64,000 nucleotides of DNA from Staphylococcus phage AH12, in the sequence record OR455461.1. One strand, 5' to 3'. Each line of letters opens with the position of its first letter. Within the stretch, counting starts at the first letter, position 1. Below the pieces are notes generated by a model. The model was not told the DNA's origin. It made no database searches and saw nothing but the letters and a program-made list of their open reading frames with translations. Position numbers and translations under genes: made by a program. Below are positions 10,312 through 18,757 of the stretch, in pieces.

Positions 10312-11022
10312 TTATTTAAAATTTTCTTTAATTAAATATTTCTTAATTTCTTTTTCATCAGTTATTTCTTCAGATATAGAATACAGATAATTTTTAATAT
10401 ATTCCATAAAAGGTATAAACGCTCCATCTATATTAATTGACATATCTTTTAATATATAGTGAATCAGACTGTCTAAAGACTTATATTCATTATCTTCTAT
10501 ACTCTCTAAATATTCTTTTTTAAAATCTACTCTAAAAGATATATCTTCATCAATTAGCATTATTCTTTTAATTGAGTATTTCTCACTGTCACAATTATCT
10601 AATACATTTTTTACCTTTTGAGGGTTTTTTATTTTTAAAACAATTTGAAATATTCTTTCATTATCAATATTATCATAAAAACAAACAATTGAAGCCTTTA
10701 TTTTATCAGAATCATTACCCTTAATTACCATATTTTTATCTTTTCCAGTTAGATTTTTAAGATTCATAATAATATCTGAGTAAATATAAAAATGGAAATT
10801 CATCTGCATATTGTTTACTAGAAAACTACTATCAAGAAATTCAATATTCTTTTGATTTTTATTTGTTATATGTTCCATAGCTTTATATAAAAATCTACCA
10901 TTATCAATTTCATTATTATTTAAAGAAAATTTTTGATTAGTTATTGTATTATTGTATACTTTTATATTATTCATTTTATCCACCTCAATTTTATAATATA
11001 TATTTAAATAAGCATTTTGCAT
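10312..11022 (-). CDS. hypothetical protein; C-terminal-tag paralog family (..EEITDEKEIKKYLIKENFK)
   Basis: 236-aa ORF. Confidence 0.55.
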   Translation of the reverse strand: MQNAYLNIYYKIEVDKMNNIKVYNNTITNQKFSLNNNEIDNGRFLYKAMEHITNKNQKNIEFLDSSFLVNNMQMNFHFYIYSDIIMNLKNLTGKDKNMVIKGNDSDKIKASIVCFYDNIDNERIFQIVLKIKNPQKVKNVLDNCDSEKYSIKRIMLIDEDISFRVDFKKEYLESIEDNEYKSLDSLIHYILKDMSINIDGAFIPFMEYIKNYLYSISEEITDEKEIKKYLIKENFK

Positions 11023-11079
11023 AAAAGCAATATAATAAGAGTAACGATCTATATTAGACCGTTACTCTGAATTTTTAAA

Positions 11080-13246
11080 TTATTCTTTAGTTAAAGAATA
11101 TAAAGCTTGTACCATATATTTATGATAATTAGACTATATCTTATGATATTTAAATCATTTCCATATTTAGTCGTTGAACAACTTTTATTAAGTTGATGCT
11201 GATTAGTTTTGTTTTTCCAGCAATTAATGAAATTTATTGAGAGCATACAAACTTACTCTCATTACCAACTCCACGTATACTATTTCCTGTGTAGTTTAAG
11301 TAATTAGTTTTCTTATTAATAAGTTTATCAGCTTCTTTATTTGCCTCTACAGACCATAAAGAGCGTATTGAAATCATATCCATTTTATATACATGTATTT
11401 ACATATAATTAGACTATATCTTCTTTAGTAATATATTTAGTCGTTGAACAACTTTTATTAAGTTGATGCTGATTATCTTATAGATTTTCCAGCAATTAAT
11501 ATTATTTAATGATGGTAATATGAAATTTTGCCATCAAAGTCAGCCGTAGTATTAACTTCATATAAATTTTTTATGAAGACTAGACTATATCAAACACTTT
11601 TAATTAAGTGTAATTATATTTAGTCGTTGAACAACTTTTATTAAGTTGATGCTGGTTAGATTTGACATTCCAGCAATTAATAATTTTTTGACATTATATC
11701 GCTATAATGAAAGGTCATTAAAATAGCCAAGTGCTTGAGCATATGAATTGTGTATGATTGCAGTATCTAAGAAAATATCTTCATCAATAGGATATTCTCT
11801 TACTACTTTAGGGTAATCTTTTAATACTATATCATCTAAAACTATTTCTGGAATAGTATCAACAGTAGTTAATATTTTAATTTTAGCAGGGGCTACGTTC
11901 AAGAAATTTTCGCATTTATTATATTTATATAATACTTATATAAATTAGACTATATTATATACTATTTAATAGTACCATTGCATTTAGTCGTTGAACAATT
12001 ATATTTAATTGATGCTGATTAACTTTATTAATAGTATTTCAGCAATTAACAGTGTTTATCGACTTAAATCACTTTAAGAAGCGACCATTTTATTAATCGG
12101 ATATCTTGAATACATAACATGCTTATCTTCTACTATTTCAGTTGCAGCGATATAAAGTAAATCAATTACAGTAAAATCTCTACCTAAAGTATTTTCAAAT
12201 AATTTAACTTTATGACGTTTACCTTCTCTATCATTTACATATATAGGACTAAATCTTTCATTAGGATCTTTAATAAAAAATTCTAGCATATTCTTAATTT
12301 CTTTATCATCAAATTGTTCATAAACTTCCTCTAATGAAAGCTCTTTATCTCCTTCACCTGTAGCTGTTTGGAAAGCATCTTTATGAAGTTCAATAAAATC
12401 AATTATATACTTATTAAAGAATGGTAAGAATAATGTAACTAATTGAGTTAATGGTACACCTAACTCACCAAACTCTATCTGCATTTCATCCCATTTATTC
12501 GAATTAATTTTAGGTGAAGAAATAACTGCACGAGTACTATTATCTACTGTTTTACCCAATATACGTTTTTGCATAAAACCAGTTTTACCTGATAATTCTC
12601 CTGAAGTAAATTTCTGATATATTTCAAATAATGTATTTTGTATATTATATTTAGTACTGTTAGCTATAAATCCGAATGAATTAAAACTAATAGCATCTAC
12701 AGAACGTATAATAGAAGAATACATATTATTAACTTCTTCAGTATCTTGAATTTCTCCTGAAGTTTCATTAGGATTAAAGTCTCTATAAAATGCAGGTATT
12801 ACTAACCATTTATCTACAAATATTTTTTGTTTATCCGTATTCTTAATCATATCAATTTTTTCAGATCTAATACGAGAATCATTCTTTCTAAATTTTAAAT
12901 CATCAAATACTTCATATAAGAAATTCAGTCCAGTGTCTCCATCTTCTGAAGGAACTAATTGACCTTTTTCTACTTTAAAATACTCTGAACCCTGAATACA
13001 TAGTTCAATATTTTTATCTAAATCTTTTAATGCTTTATAAGCTACCGGATTAAGGTATTTATCCTTTAAATTAATCCAACCTAAATTATTTTTTCTTTCA
13101 GGAGTACCTATCAAACCAAATATGTCATATGAAAATAAACCATCATCTTTTGGTAGTATACCCGAATCAAAAAATACAGGGTTGGTTACTTCTTTAGCAT
13201 TAGTGTCAGTTATGACTTGTTCAATATCTATCATATCTACTTTCAT
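11080..13246 (-). CDS. multisubunit RNA polymerase beta-prime-like subunit, N-terminal/catalytic-loop part. Split gene: join(13246..12096, 11912..11717, 11544..11530, 11380..11255, 11112..11080), about 506 aa
   Basis: Exon A contains GKTGFMQKRILGKTVDNSTRAVI, matching the beta-prime [23 protein letters not shown] motif. Predicted spliced product reads ..GYFN-ADFDG-DMISIRSLWSVEANKEAD.., matching ..[26 protein letters not shown]... Exon E gives ..VQALYSLTKE, matching VVLGLYYMTR. Exon borders were derived from P1/IGS pairing and reading frame. Confidence 0.7.
11113..11254 (-). ncRNA. ultra-compact group I intron R4 (142 nt) in the RNAP beta-prime-like gene
   Basis: P1 is exon GAGAGU paired to IGS GCUCUC with terminal U.G, 10-nt loop. 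Same core. Ends ..AUAUAUG before GUACAAGCU (V Q A). The first intron nucleotides encode KFVCSQ* when unspliced. Confidence 0.7.
11381..11529 (-). ncRNA. ultra-compact group I intron R3 (149 nt) in the RNAP beta-prime-like gene
   Basis: Same core. Hairpin UGAUGG(C)-15 nt loop-CCAUCA(A) forms P1. Ends ..AUAUAAAAUG immediately before GAUAUGAUU (D M I). The 5' splice site appears to follow C of GGC, facing A in the IGS. Confidence 0.6.
11545..11716 (-). ncRNA. ultra-compact group I intron R2 (172 nt) in the RNAP beta-prime-like gene
   Basis: Same conserved core. 5' exon ends ..UUUUAAU (Asn). GNRA hairpin CAUUAUA-GCGA-UAUAAUG lies in the P1 loop. Tentative IGS is GUCAAAA. The terminal G sits just before GCUGACUUUGAUGGC. 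Exact 3' splice site is tentative. Confidence 0.55.
11913..12095 (-). ncRNA. ultra-compact group I intron R1 (183 nt) in the RNAP beta-prime-like gene
   Basis: P/Q/R/S cores present (UUAAUUGCUG, AAUCAGCAUC, GUUCAACGACUAAAU, GAUAUAGUCUA). P1 is exon CGAU paired to IGS GUCG with U.G at the splice site. GNRA-capped hairpin CUUAAA-GUGA-UUUAAG. Ends ..AAUAAAUG. The reading frame is restored (AU + C = Ile). Confidence 0.7.
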
Positions 13247-13249
13247 TTA

Positions 13250-13540
13250 CTATTTCACATCACTTTCTTTTAATAATGGATTAATATCTTTTTCAATATA
13301 ATAATCTACCATAGTTTCTTTATTATAATATTTTAGTAATTCTTTATTATCTTCTTTATTAAATGAATTATACATTAATGTAGTAATACATATAAATAAA
13401 ACGATTATCATATTAAAGGATAGTATAATAATTTTATTACTTTTTTTGTAATTAGTTTTACTTAATAATACTACAGACGGTATAGCAGCTAAAATAAGAT
13501 ATAATAAAGAAAAAACTATTATGAAATCTTTAATTTCCAT
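13250..13540 (-). CDS. small membrane protein (two predicted TM helices)
   Basis: 96-aa ORF with hydrophobic stretches IIVFSLLYLILAAIPSVVLL and IIILSFNMIIVLFICITTLM. Confidence 0.5.
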   Translation of the reverse strand: MEIKDFIIVFSLLYLILAAIPSVVLLSKTNYKKSNKIIILSFNMIIVLFICITTLMYNSFNKEDNKELLKYYNKETMVDYYIEKDINPLLKESDVK

Positions 13541-13597
13541 TTTTCATTTTAATTTCCCTTCTCAATGTCAATTTTTATAAAAAAAAAATTATAATAA

Positions 13598-13630
13598 ATC
13601 CATGTTTGACTTGAATTTGTCAAACATGGA
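13598..13630 (-). terminator. rho-independent terminator
   Basis: 13-bp perfect stem ATCCATGTTTGAC..GTCAAACATGGAT followed on the minus strand by a U10 run. Confidence 0.6.
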
Positions 13631-13638
13631 TTATTTGT

Positions 13639-14373
13639 TTATTTAATACTTTGTCCCATATAACTGAAATAATTTAAATCAATTTTCTTTTCTTTAGCTT
13701 TTAATATAGTGCCTTCGTCTATATTTTGATTATAACCTAGTGATGGAATATCTATACCAGTCTGTGATACATTTTCACAATTCTTTATGATATCACTAAT
13801 ATTACTTACTTCATCTTCATATATTCTAGTAACATATCCTAAAGTATTAATTACGTCAGACTTTTTCTCATCTGGTTCTAAGTAGAATATATCGACTTTA
13901 TCCATACTTCCTCTAAATAAAGTTTTTAAAAACTTCTCTTTAGATTTTAGATTATTATCTGAAGTTTTAGTAACGATAGATAATTTATTCATTAACGGTG
14001 TATTAATAGTATATGATAAACTTCTACCTAAATTAGTTGGTTGAAGTTCATCATATAAATCTTTTTTAAATATAATTTCATTTTGTAGTCTTTCTCTTGC
14101 TTCATTAACTTCTTTTTCTGAAAAATTATTATAAACATCTTTCCTAACTAACCATTGGTCTATATAGTATTCAGGTCTACTTAATATTACATCATAATGT
14201 TTATTATAATCAAAGTCTTCAGATAATCTAAAGAATTGATTATAATATTCATAATCCTCATGCATTAATTGAACTATCTTTGGTGAAATATTAACTAAGA
14301 CTTCATCACAATCAGCAACTATATGACCTGTATTCATTTCATCTTCTGTATACATATATTCGTTATCCTCCAT
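13639..14373 (-). CDS. HAD-superfamily 5'(3')-deoxyribonucleotidase-like protein (putative dNMP phosphatase)
   Basis: N-terminal HIVADCDEVLVN resembles the HAD motif I (D-x-D-x-V/T-L) of the NT5C-type nucleotidase family. Assignment from motif only. Confidence 0.4.
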   Translation of the reverse strand: MEDNEYMYTEDEMNTGHIVADCDEVLVNISPKIVQLMHEDYEYYNQFFRLSEDFDYNKHYDVILSRPEYYIDQWLVRKDVYNNFSEKEVNEARERLQNEIIFKKDLYDELQPTNLGRSLSYTINTPLMNKLSIVTKTSDNNLKSKEKFLKTLFRGSMDKVDIFYLEPDEKKSDVINTLGYVTRIYEDEVSNISDIIKNCENVSQTGIDIPSLGYNQNIDEGTILKAKEKKIDLNYFSYMGQSIK

Positions 14374-14376
14374 ATA

Positions 14377-15687
14377 CTATTCAAAATCCTTTATAAATTT
14401 ATCTTTTAAATTTGTTATTTTATCTTCTCTAAATTTAGTTTGTCTAATTTTAAACGGTCTTTCAGGTATTAAGAAATCAGTTGTATGAATATTTTCTTCA
14501 TCTGAAATTGTCATATATTTAGGGTTAGATGTATCAAAAGCTGTATAAATATCAAATTTATTTTTCTTCATTAAATTATATTTAGCTTGTGAAATTAATA
14601 CACTATAATAAATATCTTTTAATTTAACTGATTTTCTATAATTAGATGGATCTTGAAGCTCTGGAGATTCTTGACCATTAACTAATATACCTTTACCATG
14701 ATAATTCTTACCAATATAGTATATTAAATAAATGAACCCTTGATCATCTTTAACACTGAATAATCTATAACCATCTTTATCTTCATCAAATATTTCATAA
14801 ATATTCCAGTCTTTAATTATTCTACGTTTAGCATAATAAGGTCTATTTTCAGGTCTTAAATGATAAGGTTGTCCTCCAATAGGCATTTTCTTATCGTATT
14901 CTTCTTTTTCAAGTTGTTTAATATATGTTTTACTGAAATTATCAAATAAGAAGGACACTTGATCATCAAAACCTTCATAATTATAAGTAATTGGTAAAAT
15001 AACTTTAAATATTTTGCTATTAGTTTTATTAAATACTTTTCTTAAATTAAAATCGTTTAATTTAATTCTTATTTCATCAGAACTAATATCTTCATAATAA
15101 TCATCAATTTTAATTGATTCTAAAGAACTAATTAAAGTACTATATGATTTTGGATTTTCTTCTTCAATATCTGTATGAATAACAATTTCTTCATTTTCAT
15201 GATCAATATGAGCAATCATTCTATAATATTTCATATCAAGATAATCAACATCATATACTTCTTCTTTATCAGGTTCTCTTGACCATATTTCTAAATCATC
15301 AAATCCTTTTATTTCTAATTTAGAATTATCTTTCAAAGTAATATTTTTTAAGAAATCTTTTCCAATATGTTTTCTAGATAAATGAGTGAAGAATATCTTT
15401 AACTGAGATTTATTTAATTTAGGTATATCTTTATCTAGTTCAAAGAAGTAACAATCATTATTAAATTTTTCTTTATTATCATAATTATTTCTATAATCAT
15501 TTAATAAGTTTTTTAATTCTTTATCTTCCATAAATCTAGTTAAATTATCAATAATAAATCTATTATGATCAAATCTATAAAACCAAGTACCATCTACATC
15601 CATCTTTCTAAACTTAGAAGGTATTTTTCTACCATTTTTTCTATATAACGATTTCTTCTTACTAAATACATCTGATTGTTTTGCCAT
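14377..15687 (-). CDS. hypothetical protein
   Basis: 436-aa ORF with basic N-terminus. Confidence 0.5.
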   Translation of the reverse strand: MAKQSDVFSKKKSLYRKNGRKIPSKFRKMDVDGTWFYRFDHNRFIIDNLTRFMEDKELKNLLNDYRNNYDNKEKFNNDCYFFELDKDIPKLNKSQLKIFFTHLSRKHIGKDFLKNITLKDNSKLEIKGFDDLEIWSREPDKEEVYDVDYLDMKYYRMIAHIDHENEEIVIHTDIEEENPKSYSTLISSLESIKIDDYYEDISSDEIRIKLNDFNLRKVFNKTNSKIFKVILPITYNYEGFDDQVSFLFDNFSKTYIKQLEKEEYDKKMPIGGQPYHLRPENRPYYAKRRIIKDWNIYEIFDEDKDGYRLFSVKDDQGFIYLIYYIGKNYHGKGILVNGQESPELQDPSNYRKSVKLKDIYYSVLISQAKYNLMKKNKFDIYTAFDTSNPKYMTISDEENIHTTDFLIPERPFKIRQTKFREDKITNLKDKFIKDFE

Positions 15688-15824
15688 TTCTTTTCACTCT
15701 CCAAATTTATTAAGAATAAGTTTAATTTTAATAGTGACATATTCTCGTTTTTATAATATATATTTTAACATGAAATTAAAAATTAAGCAAGAATTTTTAT
15801 ATAAAAATAATAATTTTTTTCAAA

Positions 15825-16319
15825 CTACATAAAAGTCTTTTTAGTTTCTATTTTCATAAATTCTTTTTTATCTATCTCTTCAAAAATAATATAAATATCA
15901 TTTAAGTAAATATAAAAATCATCATCTTTGTCATTATATTGAAAATTTAAACGAAGATAATTGTTATCATTATCTTCGTCAATAGATGGACATTTAATTA
16001 AACCATGTTTATAAGGCATGTTAGTCTCATACTCTATACTATTTTTATTTATATTTATTTCTTTATGAATATCCAAACTAATAGCGTTATATACTTCTAG
16101 TATTTCTCCATCTTTTTTATTGTATACTTTACATCTTATAAAAGGTAATATTTCATCACTTAAAATACTATATAACATCATAAAAATATCATCATTTTTA
16201 CCAACTTTAAATACAATATCTTCTTTCATTTCCATATAATATTTAAAAACAGACGATAATTTCTTTTCAGTTTCAAATAGTTCTTGAAACTTTTTAGGTT
16301 TAAATAAAAAGTACCTCAT
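15825..16319 (-). CDS. hypothetical protein
   Basis: 164-aa ORF. Confidence 0.45.
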   Translation of the reverse strand: MRYFLFKPKKFQELFETEKKLSSVFKYYMEMKEDIVFKVGKNDDIFMMLYSILSDEILPFIRCKVYNKKDGEILEVYNAISLDIHKEININKNSIEYETNMPYKHGLIKCPSIDEDNDNNYLRLNFQYNDKDDDFYIYLNDIYIIFEEIDKKEFMKIETKKTFM

Positions 16320-16336
16320 TAAATATACCTCTTTTT

Positions 16337-18626
16337 CTAAAATTTAACCATATTTGATACGAAAGAACTATTTGAAGATTCTAACACTTTAACTCCAATA
16401 GATTCAATAATATCTTTACCTGGTTTAATGTGATCTTCTATCATTGAATCATAATCAATAAATGGTCTAAACTCTTCAGGTATTTTATTTCCTTCTACAG
16501 CAATTACATTCATTCCATTTTTAACTAATCTTTCGTTTCTAAATATTTCTCTAAATTTATCTAATAATTCTTCATCATCAACTTTATCTTTAATATCTCC
16601 AAATGATTTAATATTTAACTTAACCATTAAGATATTTGATGGAAGAGATATTTCTTTATCTGGATACATTAAATTCCATGATAAAGCTGCTCTATAATTC
16701 ATTTGTGTATAAGGATCTTTATATACTTCTGCATTATTAGCTTTACCAGGTTTTAAGAATTCAATATCACCATTCTCTAATGATTTTTTAATCATCTCTT
16801 CAATTTCTTTATATTTACGTATAATACCAATTCTATCAATACCAGTTTTATTTTCTAAAATATCTTTCTGTAGTATTTCAGTGAATAATTCTCTAATACG
16901 TTTATTAGTATTAACTTTTCTAATAGCCATACCTTTAACATCTAAGTCTGGTGGTTGAACTAAATTACCTTCTTGTTGTATTACTGATGATGCATAAGTT
17001 TTCTTTTTATCTGTTGTTAATTGTTTGTCAAGTAAAACGTTTATACTTATATTTAAAATATAAGACTAGACTATATCATATTCTTTATTATTAAGAATTA
17101 TTATATTTAGTCGTTGAACTTCATTATTGAAGATGCTGATTAAGTTTATTTTGTCTCAGCAATTAATAATATTTACTAATACACATTACTGTATACTGGA
17201 GCATTTACATACTCATTTTTCATTGATATAACACCTAAATGTTCATCTTCTAATCCTAAATCTTTACAGAATCTATGATAAGATAATTCTAGTAATTTAG
17301 TTATTTGATAGTTAATAATAGATATATTACCTACACGTTGTTCTAATTTATCTTCTAAACCATTTTCTGCAATAGGGAAATCTTCAGGTTTCTTTTCTTT
17401 CATTTTTTGATATAATGGATCTAAATGTACAAAGTTACTATCTGTCTTTAATATTATATTTTTAAATATAAAATAGACTATATCATATACTCTTTATGAG
17501 CATCATTATATTTAGTCGTTGAACAATCATATTGATTGATGCTGATTAATTTAATAAATACTTTCTCAGCAATTAATAATGTGAATCAACTTAAATTACT
17601 TTAAGCGGCGACCATGTTATCATAATCGATTGTAAGTACACTTCTACGTTTTTTATAATTCATTCTATACATTCTATTGTAATCTTGATAATTATAGATA
17701 ACCCAGTCTTCTAATATATCAAATAATTCATCTAATAATGGAATCATATCTTCAGGTGGTTCATTTGGATCTAAGAAATCTTCTCTACCAGTCATTTTAC
17801 TAATTTTATTATCAAATATATCTGTATGATCTAATAAACCATAAAGATTATTTTTAAAATAAACTCTATTTTTCTCATCTTGAGTTAAATTACTAAAGAA
17901 TTCTTTCAAATCATTTTCTTCATCTTCAGAGAAATTATATTCTACGTTATCCAATAAACCTTTTAATATTTCATTATCAGTAGGAACTGAATTTATCTTA
18001 ATATCGTGTTCTTTATATTCTTCTTGACATATTCTTACGATATAATTATAAATCTCACTAATATTCATAAAGAATATTTTACTTCCTATAAATCTTTCTA
18101 AAGCTATTGCTGAAGTAGTAACAATATCAACACCACTATATGTGATAGCAGGGCCTGAATAAGGATCATAGAAAATACTATTTCCTTGTATCATTGCACC
18201 ATAGTAACTATTAGCCAAAATCTTAATTGTTTTTTGCTCGTTCATATATTTATGATATTTAATATCGTCTACACCTTTACTTATAAACATATTATGTTTA
18301 GCTACTTTACGTGAGTCAATGAAGTCTTTTAACATCTCTGCATTTAAATTTTTTCTTTGTGATTGTGGTTGATAAATCGAACCTGATCCAGTTACTATTA
18401 AATTTGAATTAATAACTGTACGTAATAAAGAATCAACATTCATTTCTTGACCTGATACTTCTGTCATGACAGGTTTAACATTTTCTTTTACAAATTCTCT
18501 ACACTCTTTTAATATTTCTTCTTTATCAAAATCAGGATTATTCTTTTGAACCATCCATACCAATTGTTCTAAGTATCCGGTTAAAGCTCTTTTTCTTTCT
18601 TCTTTATTCTTTAATTCTGTTGTCAT
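16337..18626 (-). CDS. family-B DNA polymerase, C-terminal catalytic (palm/fingers/thumb) part, encoded as its own gene. Split gene: join(18626..17625, 17445..17193, 17037..16337), about 651 aa
   Basis: Exon 1 has motif B KILANSYYGAMIQG (Kx3NSxYG). Predicted splicing joins ..VLTID to TDSNFV.., giving motif C IDTDS (cf YGDTDS). Exon 3 has the KKxY motif DKKKTYASS. AGGAGGT RBS lies before the ATG at 18626. The N-terminal exonuclease part and motif A are not in this gene. Confidence 0.7.
17038..17192 (-). ncRNA. ultra-compact group I intron (155 nt) between polB exons 2 and 3
   Basis: Same core. P1 is exon GUAU plus intron AC, paired to IGS GUGUAU with U.G at the splice site. Hairpin CUUAUAU..AUAUAAG precedes the 3' end ..AUAAACG. 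The frame is restored (U + UU = Phe). Confidence 0.6.
17446..17624 (-). ncRNA. ultra-compact group I intron (179 nt) between polB exons 1 and 2
   Basis: Same P/Q/R/S core. P1 is exon CGAU paired to IGS GUCG with U.G. GNRA hairpin CUUAAA-GUAA-UUUAAG. Closely related to intron R1, same 5' flank AUGGUCGC..CUUAAAGURAUUUAAGUYGAU. Ends ..AUAUUAAAG. The unspliced frame reads YDNMVAA*. Confidence 0.7.
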
Positions 18627-18757
18627 TTGGTTTACTACCTCCTACATAATTATAAAAATCTAGTTATTCTTTAGTATTAAAATTTTTAAACTATCATTAA
18701 CAAAACATACTATTTATTAATAAACTAAATAAATCTAAGAAAGAGATGTGAAACATT

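Noticed and set aside
11702-11902. 66-aa ORF (TTG start), the 20-aa frame at 11530..11589 and the 75-aa ORF 17176..17403 as independent small genes
   Set aside because: They have no RBS or proper start. They are flanked on both sides by the conserved intron core. Each encodes a contiguous piece of beta-prime or PolB, so they are internal exons.
12074-12088. Apparent C-terminal peptides MVAS* (RNAP) and MVAA* (PolB), plus KFVCSQ* and KISYYHH* at other ORF ends
   Set aside because: These codons lie inside the intron 5' domains (conserved AUGGUCGC.. block or P1 loop/IGS). They are produced only by read-through of unspliced RNA, not by the mature proteins.
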